Source: Takakia lepidozioides
Lineage: Eukaryota; Plantae; Bryophyta
DNA: 64,000 nucleotides
Assembly: GCA_030704615.1 (NCBI GenBank)
Contig: CM060734.1
Coordinates: forward strand, 32,984,001 to 33,048,000
Reading direction: 5' to 3'
Shown: in pieces, positions 36,989-50,483 of the stretch
Layout: every line of letters starts with the position of its first letter
Numbering within the stretch: position 1 is the stretch's first letter
The notes under the pieces: generated by a model
Database searches by the model: none
What the model was told of the DNA's origin: nothing
The model's input: only the letters and a program-made list of their open reading frames with translations
Translations under genes and position numbers: made by a program

Positions 36989-39900
36989 TAGATGGCCCTG
37001 CTGTGGCCTGTACTTGTGTCTGTTGACTTGGTGGTGGTTGTGTTGCTGGTGGTGTTTGTGTTGGTGTTGTTGTTGTTGATTGTATTGGTGTCTCTCGTTT
37101 GTGATCTTGCTCCTCTTGATCCTCTTCGTCCATGAGCTCCTCTTGTTCTGGAATTGGTGGCAGGAATTCCTCATGAATGTCTGTCACCAACTTTGCCAAC
37201 TGACATTTCATCTGCCTCTCCATTGCCCTGTTGAGTTTCTTCATTTCCAATTCACTCCCTTCATTCAACCAGGCTCTGGCTAAGGCTGCGTCCACTGCAT
37301 CCAACCCTGCTTGCAATGTCAGCTTCTCCAGCTACTGCTTCCATTCTTGTTCATTGCCCATGGCAATGTCTCTTTCTGTGGTGGCGGTAAACAGCCTGCT
37401 CTCAGCATTCTCCCTTTCCTTCAGCAGTATAGTGTTGCTGTTGAGCCACTTGGTTCCTTGATCTCTGACAATCCTCAGCTGTCCCTTGAGTGTCTCCACC
37501 TGTTGCTTAAGCGTCTGCACTTGTCCTGTGAGTGTTTCCACCTCTGTCTCTGTTTTTCGAGATCGCTCTCGCTCTGCATCGAGGTCGGCTTGGACATGGC
37601 GTGTTTCGTCTCTCTGTCTTTCCCACTTTTGCTCCCACTCATCTCTGCATTGTGCCAACGTGTTGTATTGGCGGAGTAAGGTCGTCTTTTGATCTTCTAA
37701 TGTTGCAATTGTAACCTCATGGTTACATACTATTCTTGCAGTAGCCAATACCCTCGGGTGCTTCTCTTTGATGTGGTCTAAGATCATGCTCAGGTTTTCC
37801 GGGCTGATGTAATCCTTGGCCCTGTCCATACAAGCTATTAGTTGACCCAATGCTTGTATTGCCTACAGAATGACATTCTGTGGCGTTTCCTCCAACCCTG
37901 TATCCCATGCTATTGTATCCAGAACTTCTTGTGCTAGTAGTAATTCCAAATTGGAATTTATGTCTTGCAGCTGCTGACTCGGTGCCTCTTGCACCATCTG
38001 CTGTTGCTACGCCACTCTGTTTCCCTCCTCTATTCCTGGTTGTGTGGTATCTGTGTGTGCTGCTTGCTGATTTTCAGTGTTGTCATGGCTAATTTCCATG
38101 GGCGTTGCTTCGTTGGTCTGTGGTTGGTTCCCTCCTTCTGGCTGTTGATTCTCCCCTTCTCTCTGTACTGGGGAATCAGCCGTCGAGTTGATGATGTCCT
38201 CTGCTACTGCACTTATGGTTGCTTCGTTGATCCGGGCTCTCTTTGCAAGTCCGCCCTCTTTTTCTTCCTGACCTGCTGCCGTCTCACTTCCTTCTTCCTC
38301 CATTGTGTCTATCCGTTGCATAATCCCCAACGTCGCTTGCTCTTCGGGCGTTAGGTATACAGTGTGTCGAATCATCTGGAGTAACAAGGGAGTCGCCATG
38401 GTAACAGTCGCTTCATTCTTCTTCTTTGTCAACCTGGTCAGTTCTTGCGTTAACTTCTTCAATAAGAAGCTTGCCCAATTCACGATTTGTCCATTGAAGC
38501 AAATTAACACTTGATCGATTAGTTCCTTGGTATAGTAGCTGTGGTTTTGCCTGAGGCAAAACAACGTGCTAAGTACTGGGGCTATCTTCCTGAAGCCTGG
38601 GTTTTTGCTGTGGCTGCATGTGTAGCCTTGATTTGCTTGGTTGAGATTCTCAAACAAATCTGCAAGCACAAACCTTGGAGGTTTGCCGCTGTGCGGTGGT
38701 ACGTCCAGACTGGGAAGGTGAAATACTTCCGCCAAACTTCTCTGTCAACAAGGATGTGGGTGTCGCGGACATTTGTGCTTCGAGTGCTGGTGTTCTAATT
38801 CTCCAAGAACTCCCTGCACAGCTCGTCGTGCTTCAGGTTCCAGTCCAGTGTGGTGATGAAGTATCGCAGGCCAAGACTGTCCAACGTCTCCTGTGTCTCT
38901 GTGTCCTGCTCAATCTTCCACAACGCCGGGCTGATTTTGAAATTGACTTGCGCATAAGAACATGGTGCCTTCCGCTTGGTGCCTGCCATTTCTCCTAGTC
39001 TCGCGGTTGCTGTAAGGAATTGGAGCACCAATTCCTATATCATAAGCAGTATGAAGCACACTGGAAGTTGTGTATACAACAATTTCCAGTTTGCGGAAGA
39101 GAAGGTGAGGAGTTCGCTTCTAGTTTTAAGTAGGGGTTCTCCTCTGTAGGCTTCTCCTTTAACTTTTCTCGAGGTTGTCGTGGAGGTAATTTTGTCCTGC
39201 TGGTTGTCTGAGTTTAAAGCGCACTTAGCTTTAATTGCTGGGCCCAGGCTTACCAAGAAGCATTTAGCTTCTGGTAACGTTTTTGAGAAAACTTCATCCC
39301 TTTTGTGTCTGATTTTCCTTCGTTGGTTTTTTCTTCGTGATTGGTTTTGGATTAAACTGACGGTCGATAACTTGACAAGTAGACAAACATTTGATAGTGA
39401 TAGTAAATTATATTATTGCCACTATCAACATTTCGGTCAGTTTCTGTTCATCCCTCTGGGATGTGTTCATCCACTTTGGTACGTGGTCTGTCTTTAAATG
39501 GGCGGCTTGGGTGCAGTACTTGCAGCTTGGTTTAATGGTTTTGCCCTTATCATCCGCCGTCTTTTGGCAATCCGTTGGATTGCGCCGTCGTTATGCCTCC
39601 GTATTATGATCGAAGGGTAGTGGTGTATGATTACCACGGTCGGTGGGGTGATCTGGAGCGTACATCTCGGAGTTTAAAACAAGCAGTGACTCGTTAGCCA
39701 TTTCGTATTCGTTCACGGTTCTGTAGGGCATCTGTGCTGGCCACGGTTCACCATACGGTATACGGGGTGGTAATGTTGTCCTCCAGATGAATGGTGATCT
39801 AGCTGTCGTGGTGCCTTGAATTCGTGTTGCCACCTGTCTTAGTACATGTTGATTCACCGTGTCGTTATGAATGTAGTATGCACTGGTAGTTTCACACTCC

Positions 39901-41460
39901 TCATCTTCAGTTTGATCTTCCTCGTTGGCGTATAAGTCATGTATAAGAGCTTTGTCATGTATTCCTTGGTAGCCTTTTAACTTGTTAATATTAATTCGTC
40001 CCACGAATTCTTGTTCCAAGGTCTGCAAATCAACAGTTCCATTGTCATGTACCTTTTTGATTTGAAATGGTCCCATCCATGGCATTTTCAATTTTCCGCC
40101 CAGTTTGATCTTCTTGATTTTTGGTAACCACAAAACAATGTCCCCGTCCTGGAAAGATTTCTCTTTCCCTTCGGATATTCTTTTCCTTCGCTGTTCCTGA
40201 ATCCGTGCCATGTTATCTGCGGCATCTGCTTGAACTTCTTCCAAATGGAATAACTCATATTCCCTGACTCGTAAGGATTCTTCTAAACCCCATCGTTCAT
40301 GAGTTATGGTTCGTAGTGTGGGTATCATACATTCAATGGGTAATAGTGCCTCTGCTCCATACACCAGTTGAAATGGTGTATGCTTCGTGGTCACCTTGTA
40401 TGATGTCCTGAATGCCCATAGTGTTGTGTTCAATTTGGTGTCCCAATTTGTACGATTGGCATTTACTATCTTGGTTAAGATAGTGCATAATATTTTGTTG
40501 GTAGATTCGGCTTGACCGTTTCCTTGAGGATAGTAATCAGTACTTTTGTGATGTACAATCATAAACTCCTCCGTCAAGCATTTTATGGCATCATTTATGA
40601 AATGTGATCCCTGATCACTGACGAATTCCAGTGGGAAACCAAATCGTGTGATGATGTTTTCATATAAGAATTTGGCTGTCGATCTGGCAGTGTTGTCTCT
40701 TAGTGCCTTAGCCTCTACCCATTTGGTAGTGTAGTCAGTGGCTGTGAGGATGTATTGGTTTTGTGTGTACCTTGCTGGAGGTTTAATGGGTCCCACGAAG
40801 TCTAGCCCCCAGCGCTGAAATGGTTATGTTGGTAGTATGGGGTGTAGAGTCCCCTTCCCCGTTCGTTCTACTGGTCCCATCCTCTGGCAGACATCACACT
40901 GTTGACAGTGTTCATAAGTATCCCCAAATACAGTAGGCCACTAGTAGCCTGCTAGTAATATTTTCTTTGCTGTCAGGTCCGAACTGAAGTGTCCTCCTGC
41001 AATTCCTTCGTGTAGTTCTTGCATTACTGTTTTGGCCTGGTCTTTGTTTACACATCTTCTCATTATGGAGTCAATTCCTCTTTTGTACAGAATCCCTTTG
41101 ATTAATGTGTATGGCTTGCTTTTCATTGAAAGCTTCCTCCTGTCATCCTTGGTGTAATCTTCGGGAAATTCAGATAGTATTTGATTGGCCATTGCCAATC
41201 ATCTTGATCTTGATCCTGAATATCTTCTGATTTTTCTTTGGTGACTGTATAAGCTCCAATACTGATATTGGCCAATTCTTGATTGTTTGTTTCTTCGTTT
41301 TCCTTGTCATCTTATTCTTCTCGATCTGGCTCTTCTTCAATAATAAGTCCTTCATCAAGAGGTTCATCTTCATCGGATGAATCCTCTTCTTCATCAGTGT
41401 CGTCCATGAGTTTGAGAGCATCTGGAAGGTCATAGTCTCCTTGAAACATTCCCAGAGCAT
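36989..41460 (-). mobile_element. Diverged sister Gypsy family: integrase plus ORF3 homolog, interrupted by the LTR at 36988
   Basis: Integrase 39591-41198 ([31 protein letters not shown]); ORF3 homolog from 38989 (LDWNLKHDELCREFLEN, QGYTCS...NPG, VNWASFL) followed by a coiled coil. Confidence 0.88.
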
Positions 41461-41528
41461 TTATAGGATTTGTCTCTTCATCTGGTGCTTCTGGTTGAAC
41501 AGCAAACAGAACTCCATAACAATGGGAC

Positions 41529-44500
41529 GAAAATGCGGTGCCGCATTTCAGTCGCCACTACCAGTTACCCTTGCCTCCATGACAGTGGGACCGAAATGCG
41601 GCACTACCAGTTACCCTTGCCATACACCCATTGCCTTCTGGAAATGCGGCACCGCATTTTTATCCAACGACGATGACTAAAGAAAAGAAAAAAAATTAGG
41701 GTTCTCGTTTTTTTTTTCTGCCACCCCCTGTGGTCGGAAATGCGGCACCGCATTTCCATCCAATGGGTAGAGCTAGAGAAAACAAGGGATTTTTTTTTTT
41801 TTTTTTTGTATTTTGTTTCTCTACCCCCTATAGGCCGAAATACGGCGCCGCATTTCAATCCAGCGGCGATAAGAAGAGAAAAGAAAAAAAATTACGGTTA
41901 TTGTTTTTTCCCCCTCTACCCCCTGTTGTTGGAAATGCGGCATCGCATTTCGATCCTACGGGGGTGACTAGAGAGGGCAAGAAATAAAACAAAAAAACAG
42001 ACTCCATTTTATTTTTTATTTTTTGCCTTTAACCCCTATGGACGCAAATGCGGCGCCGCATTTCAATCCAGCGGCGATGACAAGAGGAAAAAAAAGGTTA
42101 GGGTTATTGTTTTTCCTCTCTATTCCCCCTGTTGTTGGAAATGCGGCGCCGCATTCCATCGAGCGGGGATGACTAGAGAACAACCAGAAAGAAAAAAGAA
42201 AAAAAACGAAAAACAAACAAACAAAAACAAAAACAAAACCAACATTTTTATTATATTATTATATTATTTTTCCCCACGGCCCCCTCCCAACCGTATGGAC
42301 GGAAATGCGGCGCCGCATTTCAATCCAGCGGCGATGACAAGAGGAAAAAAAACGGTTAGGGTTATTTTTTTCCCCCTTCTACCCCATGTTGTTGGAAATG
42401 CGGCGCCGCATTTCCATCCAACGGGGATGACTAAAAAAAAAAGGGGGGGGGGGGGGGGGTGAGGGGGGGGGAACTTTTTTTGTCCCCACCCCTTTGGACG
42501 GAAATGCGGCACCGCATTTCAATCCGGCGGCGATGACAAGAGGAAAACAAACGGTTAGGATTATTATTTTTTCCCCTTCTACCCCCTGTTGTTGGAAATG
42601 CGGCGCTGCATTTCCATCCAGCGGGGATGACTAAGGGCGGGGGGGGGGAATAAAAAATAAAAAATTGTCCCCATCCCTATGGGCGGAAATGCGGCGCTGG
42701 ATTTCAATACAGCGGCGATGACCAGAGGGAAAAAAACGGTTAGGGTTATTATTTTTTCCCCCTTCTACCTCCTGTTGTTGGAAATGCGGCGCGCATTTCC
42801 ATCCAGCGGGGATGACTAGAGGGGGGCGGGGGAGGGGGGAAAAAACAAACAAAAAAAAACAAAAACTTTTTTTGTCCCCACCCCTATGGATGGAAATGCT
42901 GCGCCGCATTTCAATTCAGTGGCGATGACAAGAAAAAATAAAGTTAGGGTTGCTTTCCCCCCCCCCCCCTCTACCCCCTGTTGTTGGAAATGCGGCGCCG
43001 CATTTCCATCTAGCGGGGATGACAAGAGAAAAACAAAGAAAACAGAAATTGAGAATTTTTTATTTCTTGTTTTCACCCCCTTTGGATGGAAATGCGGCAC
43101 CGCATTTCAATCCAGCGGCGATAACTAGAGGAAAAACAATCAGGGGTTATTTCCCCCCTCCCCCCCTATGATTGAAAATGCGGCGCCGCAATTCCCATCG
43201 AGCGGGGATGACTAGAGGGAAAAAAAAAAAAAAAAACACTGTCAAACGACTTTCAAAGAGCACGGGTGGATGGCAGTCAAGACGGAAATGCGGCACCGCA
43301 TTTCCGTCCCGACTCGCATCCCCCTTTGCACGATGATCATCATTTGGGGAAAAGAGGTGGGCGGGATGAACCTGGCGACGGAAATGCGCTGCCGCATTTT
43401 TGTCCGGACTGACACCTACCGATCACTTTATACCTGGTGGGACGGAAATGCGGCAGTGCATTTCCATCCAGGTTCCCACTGGGCCATGCCTTCTCGCCAT
43501 TGTGGATGGAAATGCGGTGCCTCATTTCCGTCCTAACTGACACCTAAGCATCCTTGATACATGGTGGGATGATAATCCGGTGCCGCATTTCCGTCCGGGC
43601 TCCCATTCCACCATGCATTTTTAATAGTCTAGACGGAAATGCGTTGCCGCATTTTCTTCCAAACTGACACCTAAGCATCCCTTAACACCTGGCGGGACGG
43701 AAATGCGGCACCGCATTTCCGTCTGGGGTCCCACTGGACCATGCCTTCCTACCATTGTGGATGGAAATGCGGTGCCGCATTTCCGTCCTAACTGACACCT
43801 AAGTATCCTTGATACATGGTGGGATGATAATCCGGTGCCGCATTTCCGTCCGGGCTCCCATTCCACCATACATTTTTAACAGTCTGGACGGAAATGCGGT
43901 GCCGCATTTCCGTCCGGACTGACACCTAAGCATCCCTTAATACCTGGTGGGACGGAAATGCGGTGCCGCATTTCCGTCTGGGCTCCAACTGTACAATCCC
44001 TGAACAGGTGGTCGGATGGAAATGCGGTGCCGCATTCCCATCCAGACATTGCTTTCCCGAGAGTCTGGACGGAAACGCGCCCCGTATTTCCGTCCGGACT
44101 GATAGTGGACCATCCCTTCATTTCTGGTGGGACGGAAATGCGGTGCCGCGTTTCCGTCCAAAAGACAGTTTGCGTACTTGGCAGTTGAACGAAAATACGG
44201 CACCGCATTTCCGTCCGGACTGTCATTTGTACCTTTTCTTAATGAGAGCTTCGACGGAATTGCGGTGGCGCATTCCAGGCCCGCTACCACTTACTTTGGC
44301 AGACAGGACAGCGAAACGGAAGTGCGGCACCGCATTCCCGTCCAACCCTACCTCCTGCCCACTGACAGGTGCTGGCCCCCTTGCTGGTGCTGGTCCTTGA
44401 GGACCTGTTGTAGGTGGAACTTCCACCAAGTGCTGGCCCCTGAGCACTCCCTGCTACTGGCCCCACTATATTCACAGTATTCCCAGCTCCAGTTGCACTA

Positions 44501-45111
44501 CTTCCCACACTCCCTGTCCCCCCAGAGCCAGATCCAGGCTGCCCGCCTGATCCCCCTGAGCCGACACCTTCGTTGGCCTGTGATCCAAGTGCTCCACTTG
44601 ATCTAGGTCCAACGGGTTGGGATGTCCTGGTTGTAGTCTCAACCTCAGCTGTTGGGTCTACTTCTTCATACTCTTCCTCTTCCAATTTCTTCTCTCTATT
44701 TTCATCCTCCAAGTTCTGCCCTTGGGTTTCTTCTTCACTCATGTAACTCAACTGCAATGGTGTTGGAGAGTCTGAACTCTCCGTTGGCTCTGCCACATCC
44801 TCTCCTCCTTCTTCGTCTTCCGTCTCAGAAACTGGAGTTCCTGCTTTTGGTGTTCCATGCCAACTCTTATCAAAGATTTCTGTCAAATCTTTTATCCAGG
44901 GATGTACCTCAAATCTTTCACCTCGTGCGGTGCCGTATTTCCGTCCCAGCTGCCCTCCACTCTTGCCTTCAGTAAAGAGGGTTCACGAAGTGGACGGAAA
45001 TGCGGTACCGCATTTACCACTGACTACCATCCACCCTGGCATCTTTATCCTCTTTCGTGATGTGGTAGGGAGGTATCCTAATCGAACGGCCACTAATGCC
45101 GCACCGCATTC
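41529..45111. repeat. Array of ~38 interspaced 22-bp palindromes GGAAATGCGGCGCCGCATTTCC
   Basis: Self-complementary unit repeated every ~55-160 nt; higher-order periods of ~190-200 bp, then ~255 bp. Confidence 0.95.
44347..44927 (-). pseudogene. gag N-terminal fragment embedded in the palindrome array
   Basis: Near-identical to the reverse complement of ~53280-53863 (ETEDEEGGEDVAEP, GGQPG, ATGAGN variants). Confidence 0.92.
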
Positions 45112-46554
45112 AGTCTGTTGACTCAAAGAGGCTGAAATGGCAGTTGAAGGGGTCATTGCCAACACATATTCGGAGGTGGTTATGCCGGACCGTTGCATCA
45201 TCACTGACTGTCCAACAGACACTAGACCTCTATTTCTTCGAATTCAATTTTCCAGCGACACAGGGGCCATCTGCCTCACGAGGGGACACGTAGGCCCCGA
45301 CCTTTCGAATCCATACGGTGCATCTCCGACGTTTGATGTCATCTTCCGCTAGTGACTCTTTCAATGCTCTAACACCCCTTCCAACACCATTCTTTGCCTC
45401 TTTTCTTCTCTTTAGTTTCTCTTATATTGCACAGCCTCATAGTGAGGTGGTGGAGGGATCGCAGGGCTCTGAAGACCCGCAGGACGAAAAGGAGGAAGCT
45501 ACTGTAGCCCGCACACACCCTCGACCTTCTAGCACGGGTCCTCCTGTCGGGCCTAACCTTGTGCGCTTCAAGGACGTGCTTTGGAAAGGTAAAGGTTTCA
45601 AGTCGAAAGCAGCAGAGAAAGAGGCAATTTGACGATGAAGATGATGGAGAGTCGCCAACAGGGGTCGTCCCCTTCTCCAGCAAATTAAGGAGCAGGAAGC
45701 ATCAGGCGGTCGTTGAGGAATATACTACCCCATCGGATCAATCCCCTTCCCCTACGAAGAGCAAGAAGTAGACGGGGGCGGTGGAGAATCGGACGAGAAC
45801 GGATGAGTCCCCTTCCCTTGCAAAGAGTAAGAAGCAGAAGGGGGCAAAAGCAAGGGCAGAGTAGTCTCCAGCAAAACCCCTCCACGAGTTGAAGCTCAGT
45901 TCTTGCAGGAGTTTCAGAAGGAAACCGGGGGCAACTCTGCAGAAGCTCAGGCAGCTGCTCCGACGATGATCTCTAGCACTCTTGTCCTGGTTGATCTTTC
46001 AGTGGATGAAGGTGTTGTTTCTTAACATGGGGAGCACGACTTCTCCTACCTGGAATAAGACTTTCGTGACAATAGTGGAGGTATGGACGACTACATTCTC
46101 CCACATGATCTGCCCGGCTATATTCCCAAGAATACAGGCACGGCTCTGGGTGGTCCATCTGAACAGCCCCTTCCCCCACCCCCAAAAATGTCGCAGGAGG
46201 ATTTTTCAGAGTGCAGAGAATCAAATGTTGGAGGAGACTCACTGCAGCATTGGCAGAGTTCTTAGACCAAGGTCTTCCCTTGCACACTACAAATTCTACT
46301 CTGTCGAATGGTCTCCCTCCTGATAGTGAGGCTTGCTCTCGCAAGGGATGTGGATAAGATGAAGTTCGCATTCCAAGAAGGCTACTGGCTGGGGTCTGCC
46401 GCCTTCTATGTTTCCATTGAGAATGAGGAAGGTGGATCGCATGCCCGACAGCAGAAGAGTTAGCAGCCTAGGGTCCCCACTGCCACACTCGCAACACGGA
46501 ATTCAAAAAAATGTTGAAGGATGATGCGGTGTTCGGTGGCCAACCAAAATCCCC

Positions 46555-48575
46555 TCAGCACATCATATCGCACTCCACGACACCACATGTCGTTCAGCCA
46601 TAGTGTCAAACACTCCCTTTGAATCCTAGATGCACCCACATTTTGCAAACATGTTCACCAGGGTATTGTTCAGAATGACATCTGGTACAATTCCAGCTCT
46701 GAAGATGTCGCCATGGACCTCTTTCCCCTTTTCCAAAGCTGCTAGGGTAGTGTTCAGATTGACATTTGGCACAATTCCAGCTTTGATGATATCCCCATGC
46801 ACCTCTTGCCCTTCTCCAGGGCTGCCAGGCTTGCACAAGCATTGCAAATGCACACAAACATGATGTGCTTTCCCCATCCTTTGCTCATAGGTCTCCAAAG
46901 CCTCCATCCCACGTCCCTGCCGGGCATACCTTGCAAGCATCGCACTCCACGACACCACATCTTGTTCAGCCATAGTGTCGAACACTCCCTTTGCATCCTA
47001 TATCCTAGATCCCTTTGCACCCACATTTTGCAAACATGTCCACCAGGGTATGGTTCAGAATGACATTTGGTACAATTCCAGCTCTGAAGATGTCGCCATG
47101 GACCTCTTTCCCCTTTTCCAGAGCTGACAAGGCAGTGTTCATAATGATATTTGGTACAATTCCAGCTTTGATGATACCCCATGCACCTCTTTGCCCTCGT
47201 CCAGGCTCGATGCACCCACATTTCGCATACATGTCCACCAGGGTATGGTTCAGACTGACATTTGGTACAATTTCAGCTCTGAAGGTGTCGCCATGGACCT
47301 CTTTCCCCTTTTCCAGAGCTGCCAGGGTAGTGTTCAGAATGACATTTGGTACAATTCCAGCTTTGATGATATCCCCATGCACCTCCTTACCCTTGTCCAG
47401 GGCTGCCAGGCTTGCACAAGCATTGCAAATGCACACAAAGTGGCCGGGTTTCACCCCCTCCCCCATCATTGGATCATAGGTCTCCAAAGCCTCCATCCCA
47501 CGTCCCTATTGTGCATACCCTGCAAGCATCGCACTCCACAACACCACATCTCGTTCAGCCATAGTGTCAAAAACTCCCTTTGCATCCTCAATGCATCCAC
47601 ATTTGGCATACATGTCGAGGTCAGGGTAGTGTTCAGAATGACATCCAGTGCAATTCCAGCTTTGACCGATGTCACCGTGGACCTCGTTCCCCTTTTCCAG
47701 GCTTGCACACGCATTGCAAACACATACAAACGCGATGTGGTTGGGCTCCACCCCTTCGCGCATCATTTGCTCACAGGTCTCCAAAGCATTCGTACCACGC
47801 CCATGCTTGGTAATCCTGCCAACATTATATTCCACGTGATCAAAGATCATTGAGGCATTCTGTGTTGAACACTTGGTGATCATCCATGATGCTCCCCTTA
47901 ACATACATGTTGACAAGGTTGTTGAGTAGAAAAACGCTCGGCGTGAATCCACTTTGGACAATGTGAGTGTGCACCTACTTTCCAACTTCTAGGCCTTTCA
48001 TCTTGATGCACTTATGCAAGAGACACACATACGTATCTACATCTGCTGAAATGCCTCTTTGGTTTAAAGTTTGTAGAGCCTCTTTCAGTCTGCCTGCCTC
48101 ATAAAGCATCTTCACATGCCCATAAGTGCCAGAAGAGGCATTGGGGACTCCCTCGCTTGATCCTCTTCCAGAAGTTGTGGTCATGGTTGAGGTGCCTGAT
48201 TTTATCAACTGTGCCGCTACAGCTGCCGCTTCCAGCTAACCATCTACCCCTGGAGGTTTCTTGTAGCTATCTTTCACAAGGATCCATAGGTAATCTGGAG
48301 CTTGAAATCCGACCCTCTTGGATGAATATGGACCCACACTCTATCCTGCTCCCTCAGCTATCACTGCCTCTGCACAATCATGCATACATCCTTGCTTTGC
48401 TGCCAATGCGATCATCGCACTCCACGACACCACATCTCGTTGAGCCACAGTCGAACACTACCTTTGCATCTTCAATGCGACTGCATTTGGCATACATGTC
48501 CACTAGGGCGGTGTTCAGAACGACAAACCCTACAATTCCAGCTTTCATGATGTCACCATGGACCTTCCATGTCAC
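46555..48575 (-). pseudogene. PLS-class PPR pseudogene with internal partial-motif duplications
   Basis: N-terminal GRLKEALQ..DTYVCLL; repeated AALEKGKEVHGDI.KAGIVP.VILN.TLVDMYAKCG, DVVSWSAML; many frameshifts. Confidence 0.9.
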
Positions 48576-49042
48576 TTCCAGGTGGAGGCAGTACATATTA
48601 AAATATCTATTCCCCAAGGCCACATTTTCTTTACCTGTTTTTGTGAAACACACGTCAGCAAATGTGGCCCCGAATCACGGGTGCAATCAATGTGCAATGG
48701 TTCATGGAGTCGTTGAGTCGACTACATATTCACTTTAATGAATAAATATCTTTATTCCATTAATCAAATTATGTATGAAATTTTTTTAGTCGCATGTGCA
48801 CTAATTAGAACCACTTGTAATTTCTGTTTTTTCAAATTTTATGTATTTACGCAATTAATTAAATAGCCCGGATTTTTGCTACGACTCCGGAGTCGTTGAC
48901 CCTACTTCTGCCCACCGTCTGAAATGCCCCCGTGGGCCCACATTGTCCGTTTTGACTCTCCAATAGTCCGGCTTACTGCCAAGTGGTTCCCGGAGTGGTT
49001 GGCGGACACCCAGTCGATTCGGAAAAGAAACGAATGCTTCTA

Positions 49043-49885
49043 GTGTTACCATACACTATGATAGGGGGAAGATTGTATAAGCTAGGACCTGATGGAGTTC
49101 TTAAACGATGCTTGTACCACCATGAAGTAAATAAAGTTTTGGAAGAAGTTCATAAAGGAGTGGCTGGAGGACAATTTGGAGATGAGACTACCTGTAGAAA
49201 AATACTACTTGCAGGTTACTGGTGGCCTACTTTGTTCAAGGATGTACACAAGTATTGCAAGAGTTGTGATGAGTGTCAGAGGCTAGGACCTTTGCAAAGA
49301 TCTGGGAAGATGGCTTTGCATTCTACAATGCCTTCTGAGCCATTTCAGAAATGGGGACTAGACTTTGTTGGACCAATTAATCCACCAGCCAGGAATATAC
49401 AGAACAAGTATATAATCATAGCCACTGATTATACTATAAAGTGGGTGGAAGCTAAGGCTCTCACGGACAACACAACTAAGTCCACAGCAAGGTTATTGTA
49501 TAAGAACATACTCACAAGATTTGGCTGTCCCCTGGAATTTATCAGTGACCAGGGAAGTCACTTCATTAATGAGACCGTAGAACTATTGACTAAAGAGTTC
49601 ATGATTGTGCACAGGAAGAGTATAACCTATTACCCACAGGGCAATAGGCATGCAGAGGCCACCAACAAAATACTATGCACTATCTTGGCTAAGATAGTCA
49701 ATGTAAACAGAACGGATTGGGATACAAAGCTGCTGACAGCTTTGTGGTTATACAGGACTTCATATAAAGTCACAACCAAGTATACACCATTCCAATTAGT
49801 TTATGGATGGAAGCTTTACTACCAGTGGAATTCTTATTACCTGCTATGAGAATGGAATGGGGAAGGAGAATGGATTTGGAGTCCA
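49043..49885 (+). pseudogene. Integrase fragment of the main Gypsy family
   Basis: LPYTMIGGRLYKLGPDGVLKRCL...GLDFVGP...SDQGSHF. Confidence 0.92.
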
Positions 49886-50483
49886 AGGTCTACCTATCAA
49901 CACTTTACCCCCCACCTCACCATCCCCACAACTCACCATCCATTTCATTGAACTCATATTTTGCCATGATTGTTATCCAAACGATTCAATCTTAGAAAAA
50001 CGTCAAAAATATGCCCCGCTTATTCCGAAGGCGTGGCTGGAAAATCGGCCCGTTAACTGTCATCACAGCCGGCACTCGAGGTGGCATTCATAATGTCAGT
50101 ATCACGGACATACATGATAACTTCCAAATTCCCATTCTTCCCATCCACAAATGTTTCAAAGAAATCCATCTCACGGCACTCCGTTCACTCACAGCTATTA
50201 TCACCAACAAACACCAACTGGAATCCGGCACTTCAAACGCACCTTAGGTCCCCCGGGATACCCCTGGGTACCTAGGGGTACCCTCGCCCCCTCCATTCTT
50301 AGCGGTCACCTGGTGTCCCCCTGGACACTTTTTTGTTATAGGGCCCACCCCCGAAAGGGGGCAGTAGCCGCAAGGTGAAGTGGCTCTTAGTTACGCCGGC
50401 CTCAGCCGGAGTCTTCTCTCTCTCTCTGGGGCTTGCAAATAGTGAGTGAGAGAGAATGTACTTTCACCCCGTCCATCTTTGCG

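Noticed and set aside
41441-44606. Many short ORFs with GNAAPHF/KCGAAF/EMRHRIS peptides
   Set aside because: Translations of the palindrome in different frames, with no consistent frame
41529-45111. True CRISPR array
   Set aside because: Eukaryotic context, no cas genes, and spacers are homologous to each other in higher-order units
50246-50370. GC-rich hairpins (gggtacctaggggtaccc; cccccgaaaggggg) as a Helitron end or terminator
   Set aside because: No CTRR terminus at the expected distance and no other support
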